Positions 13,123 to 25,096 of a stretch of 64,000 nucleotides of DNA are shown in pieces (positions within the stretch are counted from its first letter, which is position 1; each line of letters starts with the position of its first letter). Under the pieces are notes generated by a model. The model was given only the letters and a program-made list of their open reading frames with translations. It ran no database searches and was not told the origin of the DNA. Source of the DNA: Podarcis cretensis (taxonomy: Eukaryota); contig OX638153.1 of assembly GCA_951804945.1 (NCBI GenBank), positions 26,350,001-26,414,000 of the forward strand. The letters are read 5' to 3'. A program made the position numbers and the translations under genes.

Positions 13123-13394
13123 GTTTATAGCATTAAAGTGATGTGATCAATTTTAAGTCTCTTCGTTGTAATGAACTTCTTTACAGTGGAGTATCCTAGG
13201 ATAGAGCACTTCCTTTGCAGAATGTTCCAGGTTCAGTCATTGACATTTCAAGTAGTAGGACAGTGCCATAGAGAGATGCCGGCAGATGAGAAAAAGCTGT
13301 ACTGGAGCAATTGCCTGGCTGTCTGTAATTGCTGCTCTATTTATTGAAGATTTTGTGCATGACTGCAATTGAGAAATGTTACTGATCTGGAATA

Positions 13395-13601
13395 GGGGAC
13401 GCAGGTGGCGCTGTGGGTTAAAGCCTCAGCGCCTAGGGCTTGCCGATCGAAAGGTCGGCGGTTCGAATCCCTGCGGCGGGGTGCGCTCCCGCTGCTCGGT
13501 CCCAGCACCTGCCAACCTAGCAGTTCGAAAGCACCTCCGGGTGCAAGTAGATAAATAGGGACCGCTTACCAGCGGGAAGGTAAACGGCGTTTCCGTGTGC
13601 G

Positions 13602-13632
<31 letters not shown>

Positions 13633-13776
13633 CCAGAGCAGCGATGTCACGCTGGCCACGTGACCCGGAAGTGTCTCCGGACAGCGCTGGCCCCTGGCCT
13701 CTTAAGTGAGATGGGCGCACAACCCCAGAGTCTGTCAAGACTGGCCCGTACGGGCAGGGGTACCTTTACCTTTACC
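13395..13776 (+). mobile_element. Sauria SINE, young CpG-rich subfamily B
   Basis: Intact head with B-box ggttcgaatcc, (ACCTTT)n tail, 14-bp TSD ttactgatctggaa (13379-13392 / 13777-13790); nearly identical to 42582-42943. Confidence 0.94.
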
Positions 13777-13810
13777 TTACTGATCTGGAAGTTGTTACAT
13801 TTTCTTTCAG

Positions 13811-14007
13811 GCTTCTCTGCTATTCCCCACCTGATGATGCCATCTACTGCCCAAGCCACTTTGACCAGTATTCTTCTATCAGGAGTGCCAAACTATAGCC
13901 AGAATACGCCATCTCCCCCTCCTGGCTTGACCCCTGTCGATATTCATGTCAATGGCATGCAAGCGGAAAACAAGAAAAGCTCAGCTTCTCTAAATGGTCA
14001 TGTAAAG
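13811..14007 (+). CDS. BICC1: BICC1 exon 12
   Basis: tttcag|GC TTC...GTA AAG|gtaaat; 197 nt; (G)FSAIPHLMMPSTAQATL...PSPPPGLTPVDIH...LNGHVK. Confidence 0.96.
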
Positions 14008-14339
14008 GTAAATTGACTTAGGCTACAATCCTAAGCATTCTTCGTTGAGAGTATGCCATTGAACTAAGTAAATATGCTTAGGATTATGCAGTCAACGCAT
14101 ATTGAAAATACATCTAAGTAAATTATCATTTAGACAATAAAAACCTTATGTTAAAAGCTTATGTTAAAACAGCAAGCAGAGTATAAAAAAATCTCCTGCC
14201 TTGATTAATTAGGGCACTTTGTCAATCTAATGGTTATAAACTGTAACACAGCAGGTAAATGTGGAGATTGTGGTCAAACATTAATTTATATATCTCCCTC
14301 TGTACAGGTGGGACAAATCTGAGGCTGAAAGTAAGTCTG

Positions 14340-14718
14340 GAGATTTGTGTGCTCCCTCTCCTCCTACAGTGAAGCTGCCAGGAAGAGGTTGGAAGCTTTA
14401 GGTTTCATTTTCATTTAAACACAGTTTAGTTGCATGTACCAACCCAGACAAACTGTGGTTAGTTATAAGGATGATTTGCTGAAACCAGTCAACTTCATAA
14501 ACCATGGTTTGATGTTGGCTTGTTTCAATAAATAATAGTTTAGACTAACCACAGTTTTTCAGGATTTGGACATAAAGCTGAGTTGCTGAGTTTAAATGAA
14601 AATGAACACTTCTGATCTCCTCATTACTGTACTGAAGGAGAAGAGGAGGAGGAGCATATGAGACCAAGGCTTTTTCACTTGTTAAACCATAGTTTAACAT
14701 AGCATCCAGATGCAGCCA
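14340..14718. mobile_element. Foldback (palindromic) MITE; related aaaccat/cag..ggttt elements at ~1370-1770, 15430-15885, 16510-16760, 26470-26790
   Basis: Perfect 17-nt inverted repeat ttcattttcatttaaac (14404-14420) / gtttaaatgaaaatgaa (14590-14606) plus outer ctcctcc/ggaggag arms; boundaries approximate. Confidence 0.55.
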
Positions 14719-15721
14719 CAGAGTTGGTTATATTTTAAGTCCCATTTGAAATCAGTTCAAGCCAGCTAAAGGTCTCACTAATGTCAATAGAAATCAACCA
14801 ACCAAACTTTGGGGCTTTTGTGTTAAGGAAAAGGTTTGGCTTCTAAGCTTTGCAGAGTATAATAGTGGTGTCACTTTGCCATTGCAGCTTCCTTCCTACT
14901 TGGCATCTTCAGTATCTCGAATTGTAGGGAATACATCCAAAATATGAACATTGATTTTTGAAACTCAGATTTAGTGCTGCTCATTGTTTTAAAACCTGGA
15001 CTTGTTCGCCTGCAATTGTTGGGTAGGGAAAATGTAAATATTTCCCCCCTTATTTGAGTTTCTTTCTGTCTGCAATCTACCTAATTTTGTGTTCAACCAC
15101 TTTGGCACAAAGATAATTTTCAACAGTGACAATCTGAACTCACAATATTGGAAGAGTGCATCAGTGGATGGCTTCTGTGGGGCATGACAAAAGTCTTCTG
15201 TGGGTTAGGGTCAGACATAAATATTCCATTCAATTAAACTATGCTTGATCTTGGGGAAAGAGTGGGTGTGCTGTTTGCTGGGAAAGGCATCTGGGTAAGC
15301 AGGGGATGACTCTAGTGGTGTCCTTGAGTGTACATATTGTACTGTCATTCCCTCCTAGGAGAGTTGCTAAAGTTCTGCTCCTTGTGACATTGCTTACGAG
15401 CCAAATCCCCTGTTCCTGACATTGTCCTGGTTTGCATTTCACTTTAAACCATAGTTAAAATAAACTGTGGTTTAATGTGAATGGACAGAATTCTAGCGCG
15501 TGCAGCCAAAATCACGGGTGCTTTGCTCCTCTCTTGCTGGGAACCAAGCTGTGCTCTGGCTTGTTGTGTCATCTGAACATGCTCTCGTCATTTATTTCTC
15601 TCTGAAACATGAATTGGAAGCCAAGGTTTGTTCCTGGCCTAATGCTTGTGGTTTGTTTGGGGGAAAGAAACCACGACCCAAGTTTGGATGACACGATAAG
15701 CCAGACCATGGCCTGTTTCCC

Positions 15722-15723
<2 letters not shown>

Positions 15724-15759
<36 letters not shown>
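15724..15759. repeat. (CAG)12 intronic microsatellite inside a foldback element
   Basis: Read directly; source of the spurious poly-Ala ORFs. Confidence 0.95.
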
Positions 15760-15760
<1 letters not shown>

Positions 15761-16089
15761 GGAGGAGTGCAGCACCCAGGATTTCAGCAGCATGCAGTAG
15801 CACACAGCTTTTTCCCATTAAACCACAGAGGTTTTGTTTTGTTTCAAACTACGGTTACTTTTCTGTGTTGTGTGAAACGTGCCATTAGGTTTTCTCATCT
15901 CCACCCGGGCATCTCTTTCATGACAGGCCCTGCTCTGTATGGGCACCCCTCTTGCCATTCATCAAAGGACTTTTGCTAGTGTAAATGCTTAAGTGTAAAC
16001 TGCTCTTTTTTGTTGTTCTCAGTGGATATTTTTCAATAAAATGTTTTATAGTTTAAGATTATGACTAAACATTCTTGCGACTATTCCAG

Positions 16090-16231
16090 ACCTCAGCTAT
16101 GAAATATACTGCACTAACTGCTGCATCACTCGGTGAAAATGTATTGGGTCCAAACCACAGCGATCCATCCAGGCAGGCAAATAGTCATAGTGCCTCTGAA
16201 CAAGTGACCACCAAGGCAAATGCTGGCGAAG
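16090..16231 (+). CDS. BICC1: BICC1 exon 13 (most divergent exon)
   Basis: ttccag|ACC TCA GCT ATG AAA TAT...GAA G|gtataa; 142 nt; TSAMKYTALTAASLGENVLGPNHSDPSRQANSHSASEQVTTKANAGE; phases 0/1 fit the neighbouring exons. Confidence 0.9.
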
Positions 16232-17241
16232 GTATAATCAAATAAGCATTGTGCTTTCTCAGGTTGCCTTATCCTCTCAGATGGGCAGGGTTACCTCTCC
16301 TGAGAGATTCGGGATAAGCTTGTATTTTAATTGGTGATGAATCATTCTAAACACCAGCTGAGTAAATGGCAAGCTAAGCGACTAAGCAGATAGGAAGAAA
16401 TTAAGAAGGAGCTGCCAGTTTCAGCAGGATTCCCAAGTCGTCGTCATGCTAAATATTGAAGAGATGCTCAAGTTCAAATAGCTGGTTGAGGGTTGCCGTT
16501 AAATCCATTGTCACTCATCTTACACATGAATTCGTCAGTAGCTTGGCTTGGAATAAAACAAGCCATGCTTCATTATAGAAATGAGCCTTGGGCTTGCATG
16601 CTTTCCCTCCCCTTAGTTGGAAAGGGAGGAGTTTTAAATCTCCTGTCCCCAGTTTATTCTAACCTGCAGTTTCCTGAACTCAAGCAAAATGAGCTCAAGA
16701 ATCACGGCAGCTTTCACTTCAAACAGCAAACCATGCTTTTATATTACATATGAGCCAGACCAGTAAAAATGCTCAAATCGAGGTTTTTATATTGCACTGT
16801 AAAATTCAATTTCTTAGTTTCATGGTATGATGAATGATAGAGGTGTAGTATGGTTCACATAGCTTCTAATATTACACCTTCAAGTGTGTATATGGCTGCT
16901 ATAGGTCTCTGTGTAGTGCTTTGCTGAAAAGTTTGGTAACAGAAATTCTGCACCAAGAAAATGTGAATCATTCTTTCCCTATACAAATGATATATGAGCA
17001 TGCTTTGTGTTTTTATTACAAAGTTCTGCTGTGCATAGTGACTGTGTTTAACTTTTTTTTTTTTTTTTTTGAAAGCTGCAAATATCCTTCATAATAAATT
17101 GAAATGCCCAAATCTTCAGCGGAATCAATACTATAGAAGGATCTTGGTGGCTATTGAATCAGTTCCTATAGTGACAGGATTTGTGCTAGCTTTAAATCAT
17201 TCCTGACAGATACATAATATACTGCTCTTTGTTCTCCATAG

Positions 17242-17398
17242 GTTGCAATGATGCCTTTGTGGAGGTGGGCATGCCAAGAAGTCCATCACATTCAGCCAAT
17301 GCCAGTGATCTCAAGCAAATGATGAGTTCCTCCAAGCAATCCTGTGCAAAGAGGCAAACAGTAGAACTGTTGCAAGGCACCAAAAACTCTCACTTACA
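17242..17398 (+). CDS. BICC1: BICC1 exon 14
   Basis: ccatag|GT TGC...TTA CA|gtatgt; 157 nt; (G)CNDAFVEVGMPRSPSHS...VELLQGTKNSHL. Confidence 0.97.
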
Positions 17399-18422
17399 GT
17401 ATGTCACATTCATAAATATGACTTTATAAAGTACAGGGAGGCAGTAACATATTTTACATGTTCTGGAGAAGGGCAGGTAGCTCTGCCATTAATAATGGTC
17501 TTACTCTGGAGTTAAGGCTCTGCCCTGAAGTAAGAGAGCTTCTCAAAATTCATATGGACATGGTGATCTCTTGATGACCCACGTTTGACTCTCATGATTT
17601 TTGCTTAATTGAAGTGCTACCTGTATGCTAATACTTAACAGAAAGTCTCTCAATGTTACCGCCCCCCTATTGCAGTAGAGGTTCCCTAGGGCTGAGAAAA
17701 CAAGGCTTGCGCCAAGGCTACATAGTGAGTGGTGAGATTTCAGCAGGGAATTTTGTGATTTACAGGTCAATCTCATGCCCACCACACTAGTTCTCCAAAA
17801 GAAATCTGTGGGGTTCACAGCATACTTTCCACAAGACAACTCTTCAGTAACTTTTAAGGCAGGCTTTTTAATATTGTCATAGCGATGTAGTTGCGACTTC
17901 TCAATTGGATGTGGGTTATATTCCCCGCTTTGCTTAAAAGTAGGGAGCAATGTGACCAGATCAGTACACACCAATAAGTTGGCCCACACTTAAATAGCCT
18001 TTCCCACTAATCCTTGGTCTGTGAGCAGCCACATGGGCCACAGGGAACATATTCATGCACTCTTAGATCTACATACCTCCAAAGATGCTCTCTTGGGAAA
18101 CGAGTGAGCCAAACTCTCTTATTCACACTTTGAATTGAGTTTTTTGGGAAATTAATGCAAATAATACTGGTGGCCGTGGAAGCTAAAGCCAACATTAGCA
18201 GACTGCTTGCTGCGTCACCTCTGAAAAAGCAAGCTTTAAATTCTGTACAAAGTTATTATTTGCATTCCAGTGCTTAAAGATGAGTACCTAATCTGTCTTG
18301 TCCCTCAAAAATGTTTTCTTTTCCTGTTGCTTTAACTGAGAACAAAACAAATGCTGTTGAGATCTCTGCACACTTTAAAAGCAAATCCTGCTCCCTAAAA
18401 GAAACCCCTCTCATCTTTACAG

Positions 18423-18588
18423 CACCACAGAGAGGCTGCTTTCAGATTCTGAGCTGAGTGGTTCAGAGAACCCAGTGGCTGATAAAAAGGCTCCTGGAAG
18501 TGAACGAGCAGCTGAGAGGGCAGCAGCAGCCCAGCAGAATTCTGAAAGAGCGCGCCTTGCCCCACAGTCATCATATGTGAATATGCAG
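18423..18588 (+). CDS. BICC1: BICC1 exon 15
   Basis: ttacag|C ACC ACA...ATG CAG|gtactg; 166 nt; (H)TTERLLSDSELSGSENPVADKKAPGSERAAERAAAAQQNSERARLAPQSSYVNMQ. Confidence 0.96.
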
Positions 18589-18687
18589 GTACTGAGTATG
18601 TGGTAGCTTAAGTCCGAATTGCGGTGAAAACCAGGAAGTGGCCAGATCTGGACTCCAATTACTCTGGCTCCTTCAGCCCTTATAACT

Positions 18688-18688
<1 letters not shown>

Positions 18689-18744
<56 letters not shown>
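18689..18744. repeat. Compound (TG)n(AG)n microsatellite
   Basis: Read directly. Confidence 0.95.
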
Positions 18745-18746
<2 letters not shown>

Positions 18747-19312
18747 TTCTTAAAATGCACACAATTAAAATTCCATCTTAAGAAGGATTCTGCCTGTCCC
18801 AGTCCACATATACCTGGTCCATAATTGCAAAAGGATGTCCCATTATGAATATGGCAGGAAAAAGCAGGCAGCCAATCTACCCCAAGGGGGTTGGAGCTCA
18901 CACTGTGGTAACTTGGTGATGGAACTTGGTGACCAAAGCAAAACTCAGCATGCAGAAGTTTTTCAGTGCTCCTGCAACAGTAATCACATGGCGAAGAAGC
19001 AATTTTTAGATCAGAGAACCAAACTCCAAATACCTTGGAAAAAGAGTCTGTGTTTGAAAATAGTAGATTGGGTGAAGGTTTAGGAATAACTACAAAGCTA
19101 TTTACAGCCCTAATTAGCTGGTTTTAAGTGAAAGTTTTAAGTATATCAAATGTTAATTGGACTTGCTGGCACATTGTTGTTCAGTGCTTAGTGTTCCCCC
19201 TAGACAAACTTATGGACCGTGATCAAAATCTTTGTGGCTTGGAGAGCAGAGTACTGGCATGACATTTAGTGAGAGCAGTGATTAAGCTGCCTTCTGTGTG
19301 TTTCATTTTTAG

Positions 19313-19352
19313 GCATTTGACTATGAACAGAAGAAGCTATTAGCAACCAAAG
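19313..19352 (+). CDS. BICC1: BICC1 exon 16 (40-nt exon)
   Basis: ttttag|GCA TTT GAC TAT GAA CAG AAG AAG CTA TTA GCA ACC AAA G|gtatgt; AFDYEQKKLLATK. Confidence 0.96.
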
Positions 19353-19934
19353 GTATGTGGGACAACTGTGACTTGCAGCATATATATCTGTTTGGTAGCT
19401 GAGCAATGAAAGGGTTCATGCTTCCCTCCCCTGCTGCCCTGAGATTTGGCTGGCTTGGTTGCTCAAATCGAGAAGCTGTATCGTAGACAACATGTTTTGC
19501 AATCCAAACTTCTCTGTGTATAAAAACTCTGGTTCTGCTGTTACAGTGTGGGAGAACACTGTAAACTTGAAACTTCTTGGTCCAGAATAAACTTGTCTTG
19601 GGGCAGGTGGTTGGAAAGGATGACATACTCATGTTTCATCAGGAACTTTGTTTTCAAGAAACACAGGCCTCATCTGCTACTGCACCATTTTCCTCTTGTA
19701 TAATCATGCTTAGCATGCATCCCCTTTTTGCAGCAACTTGGATGGAGGGGATTGCCAACCGGCTGCGCATCCTGTAAACACAGGGGAAAGTGTTGGGGGT
19801 TCAGTGCCTTCCATATTTCTAAGCATAAGTGACCGCAGTTGGAATGGGTGCTGCGTGCATACATTAATATGCACATCTGGCTAATCCCCATATAAAATAT
19901 ATGTGGAGGGATCACAGAAGTCATTGGCAAGTGG

Positions 19935-20256
19935 GCCTCAGTCCTGTTTACCTGAAGGAGCGTCTTCACCCCTATCATCCAGCCTGGACACTGAGGTCCA
20001 GCGCCAAGGGCCTTCTGGCGGTTCCCTCGCTGCGAGAAGTGAGTTACAGGGAACCAGTGAGAGAGCCCTCCCAGCAGATGTCAAGGCAATAAGCAACTAT
20101 TTTACTTTTAAAAGACTACTTTAAAGAAGTTTTTAATGTCTGACGCTGTATTGTTTTTAATATCCGGTTGGAAGCCACCCAGAGTGGCTGGGGAAACCCA
20201 GCCAGATGGGTGTGGTATAATAATAAATTGTTGTTGTTGTTGTTGTTGTTATCATC
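19935..20256 (+). mobile_element. L2/CR1-clade LINE 3' fragment with simple-repeat tail
   Basis: Degenerate ORF end (PVYLKERLHPYHPAWTLRSS..GLLAVP), 3'UTR ggaagccacccagagtggctgggga, (TTG)n tail. Confidence 0.7.
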
Positions 20257-20378
20257 AAAACAGCGTTCCATCATGGAGGGCTTGGGGCCCATCTCAGTTC
20301 TCCATTTCCCTTTTCCAAATAGCCTCCCTCTTTCTTCTGGCATATATGCCAGAACCTCTCTATAAGGAATGAGATGTG

Positions 20379-20987
20379 ATCGAAGATGGAAATTGGAGCT
20401 TTAGGGCCATATAGATCTAAAAGACTTAAGAAACAGAATTTGAGCTCCACTTCTAAATACAGAGGCCTGCTGGCAAGAAAAAAGAACACTATGGTGATAA
20501 GGCTTCCTCGAGAGTTGGTGCTGAAAATAAAGGACTGTCAAGAAGACCGGCAGAGAGAGACTAAGAGAGAGCTAAATGCCTCAGGCGTTTGGGACACAGG
20601 CTAGAATAGCTGTACTGACATTGGTTTTATAGACCACAACCGGGGAAGGGAGGGGAGGGACTTGGGAATCCAAAGGGTGTTTAAATATAATTTGTTCAGA
20701 TCTTATACATATGTTTATTCTGTGTAACCTTTATGGAAGGTGGAAAAATCGCGGAAGGGAGATTTGGGTCGACTTTAGGAATAAGGTTTAAAATTAATTC
20801 AAAAGTGGTTTTTCTTTCCAGATTAAATAGATACAAGATTTTAAATAAGTATTTGCTGAATGGACAAAAATGAAGTTATAATACAGAAGGAGGAGGTGTG
20901 AGGAGGTCGGGGAAATAAGGTTTAAGAAAGAAAGGATTGAAATTATACTTGTTTGTTTGTTTGTGTATGTTTAAAAAATAAAAAAAA
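20379..20987 (+). mobile_element. Poly(A)-tailed retro-insertion, probably L1-type or non-autonomous
   Basis: Perfect 18-bp TSD tataaggaatgagatgtg (20361-20378 / 20988-21005); AATAAA and A-tail at the 3' end; family assignment is inference. Confidence 0.8.
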
Positions 20988-21267
20988 TATAAGGAATGAG
21001 ATGTGCATGCATGTATGTACAAATGCCTGCAGCACACATTACTATATCTAAGATACTTAGCTTGTATGTGTTATTGGAGCTCCATGGTTTCTCCTCATAC
21101 ATACAGAATCGTAAATCCCTACAAGATTGGAGGTCATCACACCATCTCAGTATATGTGGAGGGAAGCAAAGGTTAAGAGCAACCTGTTTTGGCCGAAAGA
21201 CGCAATTTTTATCCAAAAGCATACAGGGTTCATGCTTATGGGTATGCTTTCTTTTGTTTTCTTTAAG

Positions 21268-21422
21268 CTATGTTAAAGAAGCCAGTTGTTACGGAGGTGA
21301 GGACACCGACAAACACCTGGAGCGGGCTTGGCTTCTCCAAATCAATGCCAGCCGAAACAATCAAGGAATTGAGAAGAGCTAACCACGTGTCTTATAAACC
21401 ATCCATGTCGACAACTTATGAG
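21268..21422 (+). CDS. BICC1: BICC1 exon 17 (conserved VRTPTNTWSGLGFSKSMP block)
   Basis: tttaag|CT ATG...TAT GAG|gtatgc; 155 nt. Confidence 0.97.
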
Positions 21423-23409
21423 GTATGCAAAACTGCAAGTATGAGTTTTGCTATGTGTGCAAGAAATTGGGGCCACTCACCTGAATTTTGAACATATGTA
21501 CCAATTTGCAGCGAACTTGAAGCTCCAAGATCTTAAGAAGCTGCAACGCGGCATGTTCTTTGACTTCTCTAGGTTTAACTCTTCATTGATTTATGGAGTC
21601 TCTGTTAATTTTATTGAGTTTTAAAAACAGGTTCAGCATAGTCTGTACATCAAGCAAAGAACTAGAGAAATGTGGTCCTGTAGATGTTAAAAGGGTAAAA
21701 ATAGTCACACGGGATCAGTCCAAGGCTGTAGCTCTGTGGCAGATTCCCCAGTGTAGTCGGTGGTGATCACCTGTGTTTTTTTGTACAAGTGTCTGCAAAG
21801 CAAAAGTATTTTCATTTCTAGCTTGAATGAATAATCATAATGGCCTGTTTTCTAGAATGCAGCCACAACTAATTGGAGGCTGCATAAGGACTTAAAACTT
21901 GTCTTTGTGGCTTTCACAATAAGACACATGGGATAATTACTGAAGGTTCAAGGCCTATGAAATCTAAAGTGGAAAAAGCCGGGGGGGGGGGGAGAGATTC
22001 TGCCTGTTGGCAACTGCATCCCAGCATGGACATGGTTCATGCCACGAGGTTAAGTTACATGGCAAGTGCAATGCAGATTCCCACAATGAATCGTTTTGCA
22101 GTGGCTTCTAGATGAAGGAGAGGAGATTGTAGTGTCATGATCTACTGTGGCTTCCTGGTAGCAGAGCTGTGGTACTCTTGGTTGACAAGGAGGGATGAGA
22201 AAGCAAGAGTAGTCATGCTGCTCCCCTGCTCAACATTTCAAGGTCTTCTGCATTGTGCTCCTACAGTGTTACCACAATTTCCATTGTGGTAACACTGCAA
22301 AACACTCAACTTTATAAAGGAGCATCTCTTTAGATATGATGCCAGATCTTTACCAACACCAAATGTTTATGGGTTTTGCTGCCATTTGAATTATCTGGAG
22401 TGTGGGGTGCAAGGGGTTCCCCCATGACAGTGTTAACAGTGGCAGGGTGGAAAGTCTACTGTTCAGATGTTTAACTGATAGGTGGGAAACACCCATGGCA
22501 GAAACTGTGCTTTCTCTTTTGCAAAGTCAAAACATTGCATTAAATGAGATATAGGCTTTTTTATGAACCATCTTCACAACTTATGAATAGGATGTAAATA
22601 ATAAAAATGGATTTTCCTTAGGAACAGGTTTAGTTTGGCACACGCTGTTCCTCGTACTGTATATACTTTTAGCAGATAAATGTTGTCTCGTGTGTTTCAC
22701 ATTATCTTCCAGCCATTTTACTTGTCTCCCTTTTTCACAGGAGTTTATTAGGAGACTAAAAATGTTTTCTGTCTCTGAGTCACTTGGCTGTAACCCAGAA
22801 GCAAACCACAGCCTGGGTTCCTTGTTCTGTAAACTATTTCTTCAGAGACTCCGCCGCTCATTGTTTTGCTTTGCTTGAGACATGTGGGCAAAATAAAAAC
22901 CATGGATCCCTTTGTTTTCCTGCTTATACTGGGCTGTTTTCAGAACTACCATTGGTATTAGAAAGCACTTCTGTCACGGTACCTTACATCATTGATTCCA
23001 AAATGATTAGCCAGGAGTTAACCAGTGCACTCTGGGAACTTGTGGGCGTGGTCACAAAGTCTCCAGTGGATCACATGACAATCTCAGTGTGGTGAGGAGC
23101 ATTCCAGGTCATGGTTAAAGACTGACTCTGTGGAGGCACTGTTGCATTAGGATGGTGCCATTTTCTTTTTTTAAAAGAGCTTCACAGGTTTGCTTGTGAT
23201 GTGGGTCATGAGTTTCTTTCCCTAAAACCAAAGTTATTGAGATGTCTCTTACAAAAAATGGGAGCAAGCCCAATAAAAAGGAAGGGTAGTGTTGAAAAGG
23301 TTGCCAACCATATTACAACCATGTTGGTGATTGATGTGTTAGTAATTAGCTACTGCCAAAATGAATGACTAGGTGGCACAACCTTGGCTTATTGCATAAC
23401 TATTGTTGT

Positions 23410-23830
23410 TTTTTTTATTTATTTGATTTATATACCACCCTTTATCCAAAGATCCCAGGGCAGCATAATAATTTATGCAGCATAATAACAAAAACATAAC
23501 ACACAGCACGATAATAAAATAATCATAACAACAGCCCCTAGGACCTACACCCACCCACACATTTAACCAACCATGGCTGAAGGCCCGAGTAAAGAGGGAT
23601 ATTTTTCACCTGACACCTAAAGACATGTAATGAAGGTGCCAGGCAAGCCTCTCTGGGGAGAACATTCCACAGATGGGGAGCCACCACAAAAAAGACCAGT
23701 TCTTGTGTTGTCACCCTCCAAAGCTCTCAGGGAGGCGGGACATAGAGAAGGGCCTCAGATAACAAGCACATAGGGTCCAGGTCAGTTTGTATGAGGAGAG
23801 ATGGTCCTTAAGGTATTGAGGTCCTGAGCT
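23410..23830 (-). mobile_element. Older L2-like LINE 3' fragment (similar decayed pieces at ~1780-2020 and ~7700-7990)
   Basis: tttatttatttgatttatataccaccc tail; gaaggtgccaggcaagcctctctggggagaacattccac motif; boundaries approximate. Confidence 0.55.
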
Positions 23831-24293
23831 GAATAAGGTAGTGTGTCCTCCATATATGCCGGTGAGTACAGAATCCTGTTGGTTGCAAGCTTTTTTGTAT
23901 TTAATACGATCCCAGAGCCCAAAGTAAGTACTCAGCAATATATCCAATGCAGTCCTTGCTGATCTGCACCCCTTCAGGCCTGGATGTTCTTCCATGTCAA
24001 GAAATGCTCATCTATCACCTTTCAGAGGTTGATAGTTTACACTGCTCCTTGATGTGGAATCATTCTGTTCCTCTAGTGAGAAATGGGATTAAACAAGAAA
24101 GGGTGTGCTCCATTCTTTCTTTTTTCTTCTCCTCCTCTCTTTAGCTCGGCCTATTCCACTTGCTCACCTTCCTAGGGTGGCTCCCCCACAGGGGTGCTCT
24201 CCTGTAAAAGAAAAGAAAAAAGTCATTTCAGGTTTATAAGGAGCCTTCTCCCAGTTTTCAGGTTATGCTTATTCCCTCTTATCTTTCTTGCAG

Positions 24294-24450
24294 GGTTCAT
24301 CAATGTCTCTCTCGCGATCCAACAGCCGGGAACATCTAGGAAGTGGTAGCGACTCTGATAACTGGAGAGATCACAATGGCATTGGCTCAGCAGCCCCTGG
24401 TGACTTTGTTTCTTCCATTGGCAGCCCTAAAAGGAAACAAAACAAATCAA
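24294..24450 (+). CDS. BICC1: BICC1 exon 18
   Basis: ttgcag|GGT TCA...TCA A|gtaatg; 157 nt; GSSMSLSRSNSREHLG...SIGSPKRKQNKS. Confidence 0.96.
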
Positions 24451-25096
24451 GTAATGATTTTCTGCTTTATTTTTTATTTTTTAAACTTGAGCATAACTTC
24501 TGTCTTTCACTATCATTGGCTTGGCTAAAATTTTGTCCCGAGTCTAGTGGAAGCAAAGTTGGTTATTTAGCCTGTTAATTGCAAGTGTTAAAATCCTAGA
24601 ACAGAGTTAGAAACTGGGTGTGTGGCAGTGGGGACAGGTTGCTGAAAAAGGCTTCCCTGAATCATTCGTCTCCCCTTTGACTCTGTAATGTGTGGATCAA
24701 CTTCATGCCCTGATGTCACCATATTGAGTGTAGCCATATTTCCAACACCACATCATTGATTGGCTGCTGCTGCTAACATGAGCAAATGCTCAGTGTCATG
24801 ACATTTAGGATGCTGTGTAAGTTGAAGCACACAAATCAAAGGTGGGAGGAGAGGGCCTTAATGCAAGGCTGCCCTATTCAGGAGCAGCCCCACATGTAGT
24901 TTCAATCTTTGACTTTCTTTCGTAGCACTTCAGTGAAAATATTACGGCTTGATCATTTTCCTTTGGGTGGGCTGGGGTTTAAAGTCTACCTGTCACAGCG
25001 GCTTATGCACAGTTTAAGTAGTTCAGTGGGATATCTTTTAAAAGTGAAATGCAAACTGTTTGGAAACTCAAAGGTACTTCCTCTCTGAACTTCCAG

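Noticed and set aside
13376-13859. ORFs with PEPEPE, ARARAR and WLWLWL repeats
   Set aside because: Translations of the SINE's (GGCTCT)n expansion; not genes.
15569-15805. Poly-Ala ORFs from (CAG)12
   Set aside because: Intronic microsatellite inside a foldback repeat; no splice signals linking it to BICC1.
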